The notes beneath the pieces were generated by a model that saw only the letters and a list, made by a program, of their open reading frames with translations, made no database searches and was not told where the DNA came from. A DNA stretch of 64,000 nucleotides, taken from NCBI RefSeq assembly GCF_009914755.1, contig NC_060926.1. One strand, given 5' to 3'. The stretch comes from the human T2T-CHM13v2.0 reference genome, Homo sapiens. Positions 1 through 12,924 of the stretch are shown here, piece after piece; positions within the stretch are counted from its first letter, which is position 1; each line of letters begins with the position of its first letter. The position numbers were made by a program, and so were the translations under genes.

Positions 1-1270
1 GAAGGAGGAGATGTTTATGGGTCCTGTTAGAATTGGGAACTCATATTCTGATGCTGGACAGGGAACTGGGGAGTCTGAAAGAGGTTAACAGAAGGAGGTT
101 TTTAGCTTTATTAAACATCCCTTTGCAGAGGATGACTTAATTTGAATTTCCTAGTTGGCTGGAAGCTATATGTTGATATTTAGTTGGTTCTAGGGAAATA
201 AGTACAATATTTCCTGCATATGTTAATTTATGGACTGTGACCTAAACCCACTATGTTGATTATATAAGCATATGTTCCATAATTTCATGGAAAGATTTTG
301 TGAAGACAGGCCTTGACAACTCTTGATAATTGCTACTTCTGAGAAGTGGCATGGAATCTAGGGACGTAAGATAGAATGGAACTCACTATTTATCGAAAAC
401 ATGTTTGTAATGTTCAGTTTTGTTAAACCAAACTGAACATTTAATTTTTCATTAGCTGTATAATAGAAAATTAAAAATGGAGACCTCCATATACCACATA
501 TTTACAAATTATACAATATGCATGTTTATTCATCGTATTATATGAACAGTATATATGAATATCCATATTTTAATATTTGAAATAGCTATTTTTATAGCTT
601 TAAAAAATTATGTTTAAGGTTTGCAATACATTTTCATACTATGAATCTGCATTTTGTACTAATTGTTGGTTTTTTAATGTTTGCCATAGGAAGGATATTT
701 TATTAAATGAAGGGCATGTAATGTTCTTAATAACAGACAAACGGCCTGCTATTTAAATATATCTGGAGAGAGGGTATGAAGAAATACACTGATTTTAACT
801 GCTCTTAATTTTCTCTCTCTCTGTATCTCTCTATCGTTCCTTTATCTCTATCTCTGTCTCTATCCATCTCTGCTTACCAAGCGTAATACTCTTGTTGAGA
901 TGAAGAAAAAATGCCCCCTTTTTGGCTTCCTGATCCCACCTTTCATCTGTCTTTAGAATTCAACAGGCATAGAAAAAGTTATATTTTCATGGATGCTACT
1001 GACACTTTTCAGCCAAAATGGGCTAATCCTTATTCTTCTCTTGAACAGAGGCGAACAACTGTCCATGCTTTCTGAAGCTGGAGCTAGAATATATATATAA
1101 ATTTAAAGACACTTTTCATTCACATGAGCTGCTTCTCTGTTAGATCCTTTTGTGCCACGAGATGACTACCAGGCAACAACATCCAAATGCTTGTTTCAGG
1201 ATAGCTTAACAAAAGGATTTCTCAAAGTCGCTTTACAAAAGATTTCATATACCACATATAACAAAAGCCA

Positions 1271-1597
1271 TATTTATTTTATTTATTTATTAATTCAGAG
1301 ATGGAGTCTTGCTCTGTCATCCAGGCTGGAGTGCAGTGCGTGATCTCGGCTCACTGTAACCTCCGTCTCCCGGGCTCAAGCGATTCTTCTGCCTCAGCCT
1401 CCCAAGTAGCTGGGATTACAGGTGGGTGCCACCACGCCCAGCTAATTTTTTGTAGTTTTAGTAGAGACAGGGTTTCACCATGTTGGCCAGGCTGGTCTTG
1501 AACTCCTGACCTGAAGTGAACTCCTGACCTGAAGTGATCTTCCTGCCTCGGCCTCCCAAAGGGCTGGGATTATAGGCATGGGCCACTGTGCCTGGCC
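1271..1597 (-). mobile_element. AluS-type SINE, full length, with an internal 18-bp tandem duplication
   Basis: Reverse Alu from a T-rich tail through GAGTCTTGCTCTGTC to CCTGGCC. Imperfect TSD AAAAGCCATATTTA / AAAAACCATATTTA. Confidence 0.97.
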
Positions 1598-3948
1598 AAA
1601 AACCATATTTAAAGAGAAAAAAAGATAACCCATATTTTAAATGAATTTGTAAAACCTTTCTTTAAAATGAAACTCACAATAATCAGATTTTTATGTGGGT
1701 TGATATTATTCTACTAAATGTACTTTTTACCACCTAAATTTGATGAAAAAGAGGAAGAGGTTATCCATCAAATACAACTTTACCCATGAACATAAATCTG
1801 AGAGAGAGAGAGGGAGAGAGAGAGAAACAGACTGACTCAAAGAAAGGTGGCCAAATATTCATTCTTTGGCCAAGGCATGAAATTATATTTTGGCCTCATT
1901 ATAGATACAAAACCAAATCTCAAGGCAATGACAAGTATGATATTCTATGATACTTACTGGCTGGCCCTGTGTACACATAAATCAATAAAAAATTGATCAT
2001 CTTTGTGCATTTGATCCAACTTTCTCCATCAATATAAATGCCTGGTAAAAGGCCATCATTTTCAATAGTAAATCAGCTGTGATTGATCAGATTTATCAGC
2101 TGGTATGGCAAGAGATTATTTGACTTAATCTTTTTTTTTAATCCAAGCATTATAGACAGAGGTTTTGATTTTTACCTTCTTGCTCAGCAAGAGAAACATG
2201 ATCAGAAATGCATATTTAAAAACAGTCAGTACAGTGCTGAAGATGTTTGTTTCTTGATCTGAGTGAATGGTAACTTGGAGGTATTCACCTTCTGAAAATT
2301 CATCCAAATTTAGGCCTATGATGTGTGTAGTTTTATGAATGTGTGTTACATGGAGATTTTTGAAAAGCGATAAAGAGTCACTATTCTCTAAGATATGGTG
2401 ATGTGTGTGATTTTTATCTAGAGGCAATGAAATTGACCACAAGTGACATTTGAATGCTTTTTAAAATCATTTTCTGACTCATGCCCAAAGCATAATTTTT
2501 CCAACCAAAGGAGTTGCATGAATACAATTGTTCTCTCATCTGTATAGTTTCATATTCCATAGCCCTTTAAAATGATTTTCTTTGGCTTTGTCAGATTAAT
2601 ATATGAGTTGGTCATTTTGAGCACTTTGATTATGATTGTATAATTTCCAGTTCAAGAGACAGAAGCATTATTGAAAATAATTGTTTTCTGGGTGAGCACA
2701 AAGGAGAGGTAAATGCAATGAAATCTCAACCACAAGTGTGCTAATATTATCCACAGATTTAAAACATCACCTTAGGTTGAAAGCGTGGCTCACAAATTTT
2801 GAAATGTTTGAAACAAATTTGTGATGAATAAAAAATTTCTGCAGAATCCAGTTGATTTTTCTATAAACTCACAAGAGATCTTGGTTTCCCAAAGTTCCTG
2901 GATCCCAAGATTTCCTCCCTCAATATGTATGTATTCTTATAGGAGTCTTTCATTGGTGTAGCAGAAGTTATCTACCTTAAAAAAATAGGTAAGTCTTGTG
3001 TTTTCAGGATGCCTTAAAGGAAACTGACAAGTAGTCTGATGTTTTGTTGAACATAAAGATGAACAAAAGCAACAGTAAACATGACAGTATTAAGCTTATC
3101 CATCATTACTATCACTGTTGTCACAATGGCCATTTTCATTGATTTATCTGCTAAGTCAAATGCCAGGTGTTTTACCTGTAACACCTAGAATAAAAACTAA
3201 TCTATTACTATCCAAAACCCTATTAAATACTATATTTAGTATTTAACCATATATTTGATGGGGTTATTGAATTCTCTATTATATTCATTTTATAGGTTAA
3301 GAACAAAAAAATAGAGAGCCTGTGATATTAAGTTTCTAAAATTCAAGATAAAGTAACTTCTTGAGAGAGGGAGAAAGATGGGATTCAGGCAGGGCACGTA
3401 AGGAGCTTCACAGACCAAGTTTTTTACTTTCTTGAACTAGATAAGTGAATAGTACATTGAAGAATGAATGCTGTATCACTCTCATACCTTGTGATTACTT
3501 ATAAATGTTATTTTGTATTTAATCAAAATTTTAACAAGCAAAACCTGAGACACAGAGCGGTGTGGAGGGACTGGTTACAGTGTCCACTGTGCAATACTGC
3601 CTCTCACATTCATTTTATAACCATTTTAAGATTTCACTGTATTTCTGCTTTTCAATGTAGCAACCAGTTATGTCTCTCTTGTATCTACTTTTTGATTACT
3701 CAATAAAATCAGTGTGCCTATAGTTGAAAATTGTGCAATTTAGTTACTTCAGTGTAGGAGGAGTAAGCTGTTACAAACATGGTGTTTTAACAATGGGCCC
3801 CAATCTCAAAGCACTACACTAATTTTAGTTTAGTGGAAGCTAGGAATCAGAAAAGGACACGTGTATTTCTTATTAAACTGAAGTACTGAAGTGAAGAAAT
3901 CTAGGTGATCTAGACCAACCTAAAGAACGCAGCAGGACCAAGGAATAC

Positions 3949-3950
3949 GG

Positions 3951-3981
<31 letters not shown>

Positions 3982-4035
3982 AGAAAGAAAGAAAAGAAAG
4001 AAAGAAAGAAAGAAAGAAAAGAAAGAAAAGAAACA

Positions 4036-4075
<40 letters not shown>

Positions 4076-4080
4076 GAAAA
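3949..4080 (+). repeat. poly(A)29 followed by a (GAAA)n microsatellite
   Basis: Read directly: a homopurine run interrupted by a single C at 4034. Confidence 0.98.
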
Positions 4081-5084
4081 TTTCCAGATTCTAAAAGGAA
4101 ATAAGATAAGATTGGGATGGGGATAGGGAAGTTGAAGGGAAATATCTAAGATGAAATATTTTAACTGAACTTGTGAGTCAAGACATTTAAAACATCTAAT
4201 AGACCAGAAGGAGACTGAAACAGGGAACCTTCAAATAATATTTTGATTAGCCTCTACTTCCATTCACCTTGGAAAAAAATTAGTTGTTGAATAAATAAGA
4301 CATGGCAATCTCTTCTAGCTAATTGAAATGTCCAATATTGGTTTGAATGTGTATGGATAACACTGCAAATAATTCAAAAGCATATTAATTAATGAGAGTA
4401 AAATTAGATTCCTAGTGGGTGACCTATCTGGTGCATCACTCAAAAGAATTATATTTATCAAAATGTTACCTAAGTTTACTTAGTGTTAACCATGCAAGAA
4501 AATGAGGACATATTCATTTTTAACTTCAGCAAGTGTTCCATTTGGGAATAGTTGAATTAAAAGCAAACCCTTACCCTCTATGCTGGCAATAAGCAGAGAG
4601 AGAGCCTAGAGATAAATAAAATGATCTAGTCAGATTTAGCATGATACTAAAAAACAGAAAATGCTTTTGATGAAGCAAGTTCTGAGGCTATATTAAAAAA
4701 AAGTATCCTATAATTACAGCTGTGATAAATATCCTCACTACAACATGAATTTGGGTCCAATAAACTCGTTCCAAATCCCCTGATTACCTCTTTCTTACCT
4801 CTAGTCTCAGTTCAAGATATTTCAGAAATTAACAGACATTTTTCAACTGGTTGCATTGGAGAAATTGTTTTTATTGACTGGACTGGTTTCCAGTAAGTCA
4901 GAAGAGTGAGGAAGAATCTGTCAAGGTAGGCTAAACCAATTCAACTGATTCTTACCCAACCTAACAGTAAATAAACCAACAATAATGATGTGCTTTTCAC
5001 GTAGCATATATAAATGCTGTCTGTGAAAGTTGAAATTGAATCTCTCGTAAGTTTTAGTCAATTAGATTTATGAGAACAGTAATA

Positions 5085-5421
5085 CAGATTGAACATCCCT
5101 AATGTGAAAACCTGAAACTTGAAGTGCTCCAAAATCCGAAACTTTTGGGGTGCCACCATAATGCCAGAAATAGATTTCACACGTAAGTACTTAACACAAA
5201 CTTTTGTTTCATGCCTAAAATTATTTTAAAATATTGTATAAAATAATCTTTAGGCTACATGTATAAGATGTACATAAAATATAAGTGAATTTAGTGTTTA
5301 CACTTGAGTCCCATCTCCAAGCTATCTCATGATGTATTTGCAAATATTCCAAAATCCGAAAAAAATCAAAATCCAAAACACTTCTGGTTCTAAGTGTTTA
5401 GAATAAGGAATACTCAATTTA
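5085..5421 (+). mobile_element. Tigger4-family (Tigger4b/MER46-like) non-autonomous DNA transposon
   Basis: Starts TA|CAGATTGAACATCCCTAAT, has repeated AAAATCCGAA motifs, and ends GGAATACTCAATTTA|TA. These are degenerate terminal inverted repeats with TA TSDs. Confidence 0.85.
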
Positions 5422-5612
5422 TAGTATATCAACTGTAGTCTATGGACCTGAGATCAAAACTTCCTAATTAAGCTATATCAATACCGATTGAAAATATCCA
5501 TCTTGTTCATTCATATAAAAAGGAATGAATATATTTTGATAAATTAGTGAACAGGGTAAATATTTAAGTGTAATAAATATCCAAGGGTGACAACACTAAA
5601 ATCAGACTTAGG

Positions 5613-6105
5613 AGGTATTAATTTCAGGATTGTTTTGGCTGCCTTAACAAAAACTAAATGAAAGTGGCTTGAGCAAGGTAGAAGATTTATTTCTCTCTCA
5701 TGTAAACTGTGAGTTGATGGGTGGTCTAGGCATGTGGAGCATCTTTGCTTTGTAAGGCCATCCACTGCCTCAGGTTCCTCCAATTTTACTTGTCTATTCT
5801 CATGAGAATGGCCAAAGCTGGCTCGCTCCTACCATACTTCATGACCAGCACACATCTACATTCCAGCAGATGAAGGAGGCAGAGAGTAAGCATCTTGCTT
5901 TCAAGAACGTGACCCAAAAGGGTCACACATCAGTTTTACTCATTCACCGTCCAGAACTAAGTCACATGACAGCATATGCTGCAAGGAAGGCTGGGAAATG
6001 TAGTCTCTGGAAGAGCAGCCACATACCTCTGTGAAGACTAGGTTGGCTCTTTTCACAAAAGAAAAAGGGGGAAAATGGTTATTAGGGGAAATTATAAGTC
6101 TCATC
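5613..6105 (-). mobile_element. Old MaLR solo LTR (MLT1J/K-like)
   Basis: Recalled MLT1 motifs AGTGGCTTGAGCAAG..GATTTATTTCTCTCTCA and CCAGAACTAAGTCACATG..GCAAGGAAGGCTGGGAAATGTAGTC. Confidence 0.7.
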
Positions 6106-6349
6106 AAATAAGACAGCCGAATATTGGAAAGGACCTTAGTTTTCTCATTTAGGAATTAATTCTATTATCCAATGATATCATTTTTCTATGACCAAACATT
6201 AGCCTTCAGCTTATTTGGAAGTTATTCCTGCTACCCAACATACTTTCGACAATGCGATTATTATCTTGTGGATTTGGAGAAACTTCACCTGCCCCCAAAT
6301 ATTTCTCCACAACTTGGCTTTCATGGCTCCTGAAATTTCCATTTATTCT

Positions 6350-6505
6350 TTAAAGAAAAGTATAGATTTTAGGTTAGAGCGACCCAGCTAGTAGGTTTCA
6401 AATCTGGGTCGATCTAACCTAAAATCTATGTTTTCTTCTTTATGAAATGGAGTGGTACTAACTTCTTGTATGAGATTTGGAGATAATATATGTAAAGCCC
6501 CTTTT
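6350..6505 (+). mobile_element. MIR SINE relic whose middle is replaced by an inverted duplication
   Basis: MIR-like 5' part (GGTTTCAAATCTGG) and core/3' part (TTATGAAATGGAG..GAGATAATATATGTAAAGC). Confidence 0.6.
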
Positions 6506-6827
6506 AGTATAGGAATTATAATATCTTCAGATAATCCTTATTTAAATGTGGAACTATATATTATTAAATGAAGGTAACATCTATAAAATAGACTTAGTGC
6601 TTATTTCATCAAAAGCACATTTTAGACATTGAGTTTTATGGGAACAGCAATTTCTCTTAGCTCTCTGTCTTTACTATCACCTCCAAAGGGTTTAAATTTA
6701 TTTCAAGACTCTTTTGAGAATGCAGGCTCCTTCCAAATTTTCAAGCTCCCTTTTAACACCCTATGTGTTTACCTTATTTTTTCTAGTAAGTCACCATGAC
6801 AGCAGCATGTTTTTTCCTGTCTCTGTA

Positions 6828-8130
6828 ATTATTTTTTATATTTTAGAGAAGTTTCAGTTTGCAGATAAAATTAACTGAAACTACAGAGCTCCTACTTATT
6901 CTCTCACTGCTCCCTCAATAGTTTCCCCTATAATTAATATCTTGCATTAGTGTATTACATGTGTTACAATTGATGTCAATATTGATACATTTTTATTAAC
7001 TAAAGTCTATATTTCACATTAGGGTTCACTCTTTACATTATACATTCCACGGGTTTTGGCAAATGTATAGTGGCATGTATCTACCACTACAGGATCATAC
7101 AGAATAGTTTCACTATCCCCCAAATCCCCTGCACTCCACTTATGCATCCCTCCTTCCCTCCCCTGGAGTCCCTTTCAAACGCTGATCTTTTTATTGTCTC
7201 CATAGTTTTGCCTTTTCCAGAATGTCATAAAGCTTGAATACATACTACGTAGCCTTTTTAGAATGGTGTCTTTCACTTGGCAATATACATTTAAAGTTTC
7301 TCCATGTCTTTTTGTAGCTTGATTGCTCATTTCTTATCATTGCTGAAGAGTATCTTATTGTACATATGTAGCACAATTAGTTTATGCACTTACCTGTTGA
7401 AGGCCATCTTGGTTCTTTCAAGTTTGGGCAATTATGAATAAAGCTGCTATAAACATCTATGTGCAGGTTTTTGTGTGAACAGAAGTTTTCAACTTATTTG
7501 GTTAGATACCAAGGAGTGTAATTGCTGGATAATATGATTAAGTGTTCATTTAATTTGGTAAGAAACTGCCAAACGGAATTACAAAGTGGTGGTACTATTT
7601 AACATTCCTATCACCATTGATGAGAATTCTTTTTTGTTCCAGAAGAACATTTCTTGTTAATGTTTTGGATTTTAGCCATTCTAATAGATGCATAGTGGTA
7701 TCTCACTGTTGTTTTAATTTGCAATCCACTAATGACATATGATGCTGAACATCTTTTCATGTGCTTATCTGCATCCATACATCTTCTTTGGTGAAATTTC
7801 TGTTTAAATCTTTTGCCCATTTTTTTTTTAAAGTAGGTTGGTTGTTTTCTTATTGTAGAGTTTTAAGAGTTCTTTGTATATGTTGAATACTAGTCCTTTA
7901 TAAAATGTGCTCTGCAAAAATTTTCTCCAAATCTGTGGCTTGTCTTTTAATTGTCGTAATGTCTTTTGTAGAGCAGAAGTTTTTAATTTTAACGAAGTGC
8001 AACTTATTGATTTTTTTCTTTCATGGATTGTACTTTTGGTGTTGCATCTAAAAAGTCATCACCAAACCCAAAGTCACCTAGATTTCCTCCCGTGCTATCT
8101 TCTAGGGATTGTGTGGCTTTGCATTTATTA
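6828..8130 (-). mobile_element. L1MC1/2-like LINE-1 3' end (3'UTR plus ORF2 C-terminus)
   Basis: The minus-strand ORF at 7611-7820 (KHMKRCSASYVISGLQIKTTVRYHY) matches the L1 ORF2 C-terminus. L1MC-type 3'UTR text is present. Confidence 0.85.
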
Positions 8131-8264
8131 GCATGCTATTTTTTACCAGCCTTTATATATACACACACATAATTGATGGCATGTTTTATTGGTGGAAATT
8201 TATAGCAGAAATATCTCTGACTAACCTGTAGAAACTACAATTTATTTATGGCATGAATTAATCC

Positions 8265-9285
8265 AAATTTGTTTTTCTTTTTCAAAATTATTTTTACTAG
8301 TCTAGTCGTTTGCATTTTAATATAAATTAGAATCAGTTTGCCAAGTATGACCCAAAAAGCCTGCGGAATTTTGATTAAAACTGCACTGAACCTGTACATC
8401 AATTAGTGAGAACTGACACCTGTGATTCGTGAGCTACCAGGGTAATCCCTCTGTTTGATTAAGTGTTCTTTGATTTCACTCAGCAAATCTTTGTAGTTTT
8501 TACTGTACAGAATTTTGCATTTTTATGCTGTTGTAAGTGGTATTTTTAAAACTTACTTCTGATTATGCAGTGCTAACATACAGTATACAGTAATACAACT
8601 GATTTTTGTCTGTTGACCTTGTATCCTACCACCTTACTAAGCTCTCTTATTAGTTCAATAGCCTTTTCATAGTCTTTGGAATTATAGACAATTATGTCAT
8701 CTGCATTTAGAGACGATTTTATTTTTTCCTTTCCAATCTGTGGCCTTTTATTTCTTTTCCTTGTCTTATTGCTACTTCCTATGACCTCCTGTTCAATGTT
8801 GAAAATGATTGGTGAGAATCATCATTCTTGCCTTATTCCCAATCTTAGTAGGAAAGCATTCAGTCTTGACCTCTTGGGCTCAAGCTATCCTCCCACCTCA
8901 GCCTCTAGAGTATCTGAGACTATAGGGACATGCCACCATATCCCCCTAGTTTTTAAATTTTTTGTAGAGTAGGTTTTTGCTCTGTTCTCTAGGCTGGTCT
9001 TGAGCACCTAGGCTCAAGCAATCTTCCCACCTCAGTCTCCCAAAGTGCTGAGATTACAGGCATGAGCTACCACAGCTAGCCTGAAATGTAGTTTAATATG
9101 GTAAATTGCATATACTTATTCTCAAATGTTAAACCAGCCTTGAATTCAAGGGATAAACCCCACTAATCATGTTGAATTTAATTTGCCAAATTTTTGTGAA
9201 TAATTTTTGCATCTTTTTTTAGGATATTTAGTCCATACTGTACTATTCTTATAATGTCATTGTCTGGTTTTTCTATCAGGTTACT
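8265..9285 (-). mobile_element. Old L1M ORF2 fragment interrupted by an Alu
   Basis: Antisense ORF2 motifs ATGTCATCTGCA, CCTTATTCCCAATCTTAG..GGAAAGCATTCAGTC and GGGATAAACCCCACT. Confidence 0.75.
8861..9081 (-). mobile_element. AluJ-like SINE, tail and part of the right arm deleted
   Basis: CTCTTGGGCTCAAGCTATCCTCCCACCTCAGCC...CCCAAAGTGCTGAGATTACAGGCATGAGC. The junction with L1 falls at a shared CAGTCTT. Confidence 0.9.
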
Positions 9286-9589
9286 GCTGGCAGAACAGAG
9301 AAAGAGAGAGAGCAGGAGAGAGAGAGACAGACAGAATCCACTAGTAGAATAAGCCATGATCACCACTCAAAACTTGTAAGTTTACTTCTTTGCTAATAGA
9401 TATTGGAATCATTAAGTTTGCTCTTAAAAAAGTATTTTTGTTTTGTTTTGTTTTTTCAGTTGCTACTACTTGATCAGTACCTGGAATTCTGAGGAAAACC
9501 CTATTAGAGATTGCAAATCCAGTAAATAAAGGCAGCAGTGGTACCTTGTTAAAAACATCAAATCCAAAGTGCTCTGAGGAGGAATATGT

Positions 9590-9790
9590 ACGGTGTGTTC
9601 TAGGGACAGAAAATAAGACAAACGTGGCTGGAGTATTGGAAGGGGAAGTGAGTGTTACTAGAGAAGGTCATGAGGTGAGGCGGGCCAGATCATATGGGTC
9701 TGTGTAAGCTATGGCAAGGAGTGTGGATTTTATTCCAAGTAAGATGGAAAGCCTTTATGAAGTTTTAAAAACGGCAGTGTTATGATTTGT
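9590..9790 (-). mobile_element. L2 LINE fragment
   Basis: GTGGCTGGAG..GGGCCAGATCATATGGG..GTGGATTTTATTCCAAGT..ATGGAAAGCC is typical L2 text. Confidence 0.65.
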
Positions 9791-10186
9791 AACATCTGAG
9801 TTTATGTTTACATCGTGGCCAAATTATTTTATAAAATAATGTAATAATGGTTCAACAGTTTGATTGTGTTGCCCTTAAAATTTCACAAGACTTAAAATTT
9901 TCTACACTATTCATTTCAGTATTGACTGTAATTTAATAACTCAATTAGTAATGTTAAATAAATTATTTGTTACTACCTATTGAAATTATATATATATATA
10001 CACACACACATATCTGTTTAATATAATATACATGTGTCTGATATATATATATATATTTATGAATTATATATGAAAACACTGGCTTTCTTGATTTCGTCGT
10101 CGGATGTTTTCCTTGAACATTTACCAAGCCATTGGTATTCTAATGCTATAGAAACTGGTGTTAATAACTCTATTATAAAATGTCTA

Positions 10187-10579
<393 letters not shown>

Positions 10580-11270
10580 TTAATTGGTGTTTCCAACTTA
10601 GATATATAATTTGGAAAAACATTTTAGTAGGCCTGTGCTTATTCATATGAAATAAGTAACTGCATATATGTTACAAATAATAAGGCCTCAGGATATCTGG
10701 CTCCCCAAAACACCCTTAATTTGAAGGAGTCAGGGAAGTAGCATCCACATTAAATGTATTTATGAGAACAGTCTAAGTTACTTCAGTTGTTAAGATAGTT
10801 GTCTGGTAGCAGAATATAAAAACCTATGAGAACAGGAAAATTATATTTTAAAGAGAAAGGTTTTCGAAATCTAAAATTCCAGGTGTGTAGGTATCATGAA
10901 AGGAAGGGCAGGTAGGGCACCCTTTGCCCATCTCATAGGTCTGCCAAATTTGACCTTAGTTTTTACAATATTTTAAATCACCTAATTTTTAGTTACAAGT
11001 TACCTTCATAGATTCAATTGCCTTGATGAGGTTCAATTTCTTCTTAAAAAGGGTATTACCATTACACCACATTTTAATATACATTTTATGGCTATCCATC
11101 AGCAATACATGACTTGTTCAAAATTAAAACTATATTTTTATGTGAGTTACATTTGGTGACACTTCAAACTAATTTTGAAGATTCACTGAGTATAATCAAG
11201 ATCATAACAAATTTCCCCACATGTTTTGTAAATAAAAAATGTATTTATAGATATTAGTAAGACTATTTGG

Positions 11271-11485
11271 TGTTCCGTTTTTTAAGCCCGTTAGAAAAGC
11301 GCAGTATTACCGTGGGAGTGACCTGATTTTCCAGGTGCCATCTGTCACCCCTTTCTTTGACTAGGAAAGGGAATTCCCTGACCCCTCGCGCTTCCCAGGT
11401 GAGGCAATACCTTGCCCTGCTTTGGCTCGTGCACGGTGCGCTGCACCCACTGTCCTGCACCTACTGTCTGGCACACACACACAAA
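11271..11485 (-). mobile_element. Isolated young L1PA 5'UTR fragment (about nt 120-325 of the L1 5'UTR) with a short (CA)n/A tail and TSD
   Basis: The reverse complement reads GTGCCAGACAGTAGGTGCAGG..CCTCACCTGGGAAGCGCGAGGGGTCAGGG..GGAAAATCAGGTCACTCCCAC. Flanked by AAGACTATTTGG at 11259-11270 and 11486-11497. Confidence 0.92.
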
Positions 11486-12110
11486 AAGACTATTTGGGAA
11501 CACGAAGCTATAAGATTAAACAAAATGTTATAATCTTTTCTTGTTGGGGATCATCTGTTCTTTAATTTCAAACTAGAGTCTAAGATGATGTAGAAAATAT
11601 GTTAGCTATTTCTTAAAGTGAACTTATTAAAAATGAGGAATTGTAGTATAATTCCAAGATTGAAGGGTGATGAAGTATCTGTTGTTTGTGATCTTTTCCC
11701 CTCACTCAAAATCATATGATTAAGAATGGGTGTGAAATTACAAGCAATTAATATTTATATTATTTTTGAGACTGTTACAGAGTTAGATTTGTGATTAACA
11801 AGACAAAATTCTATCAAAGACTGTGGTTTTGCCTTTAATTTCACATAATGTTAAGTATTCTTACTTAAAAGGAGTATGTTGACACTTTCTATGCAATATG
11901 GTACAAAAGAAAATTTATTTATTAATTTTCTCTCTTCTTGGAGTATCAAAATATATTAGCCGTTGGTAATGAACAAACATGCTAAATTTTATGAAGTGAG
12001 TTCCCTTCTCTTTTTCCTTTTTTTAAACACTAGAACATCACAAGGTCAAATGGCAGATGGTTTGAGAGCCCCATCACAGACATTTTACATAGCAACTTTA
12101 AATGAAAATT

Positions 12111-12607
12111 GTATTATTTTTTCTATTGTTTCATAAAGAAATTACTTCAAAGCTTAAGGTTAAAATAAGAAATATTTATTATAACACACAGTTTCTAAGG
12201 GTCAGGGAAATGAGAGCTGCTGGTGCTTCTGGCTGGATGGTTCTCTTAGAGTTGCAGTGAAGATGTCAGCCAGGGCTACAGTCATTTCAAGGGTTGACTG
12301 GGGCTGGTTAACTCACGTGACAGTTGTCTAGAGGTCTCAACTCCTTGCCACATGGGCCTTTCTGGAAGGCTACCTAAGTGTCTTCAAGACACTGCCTCTG
12401 GCTTCCCCCCATAACTCTCAGAAAAAGCAAGGCAGAAACCACAGTGTCTTTCATAACCCTGACTCAGAGGCATCAAACCATCACTTCTGCCATGTTCTGT
12501 TTGTTACCTAAACCCACCACTGATACAACATGGGAAGGAACTACACAATGGCATAAACACCAGGAGGCAGAGATCACTGGGTATCGTCTTGGAGACTGGA
12601 CACCACA
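12111..12607 (-). mobile_element. MaLR solo LTR (MLT1F/G-like)
   Basis: The reverse complement starts TGTGGTGTCCAGTCTCCAAGACGATACCCAGTGATCTCTGCCTCCTGG, resembling the MLT1F 5' end. Confidence 0.75.
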
Positions 12608-12924
12608 AAATAAGAGTAAATTGAGTGTGAGGAGGTTAGTTTGATTTCTTTTCCTCCTTCCTCTCCTCTGCCTCTTCCCTCTCCTTCTCTTCTTCCTCCT
12701 CTAATTTCTAAGAGACACATTGTAATCACCATTAGTCCTGCATTAGCTACAAATCTAAGGACACTCATGCTCATGTATATACATGAGCCAATAAACAAAT
12801 AGACCTATTTACTTGCAATTTAGCATATGAAATTTTTCCACATGCAAAACAATTTAAAATGTTGATTCAGAGCCAAAAAAGAATCCATATTCAAGCAACT
12901 ATTGCTCACTATTTTACCGGAAAA

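Noticed and set aside
409-441. Perfect 12-bp inverted repeat AATGTTCAGTTT / AAACTGAACATT with a 9-nt spacer
   Set aside because: It is short and AT-rich, plausible by chance in 64 kb, and has no other support.
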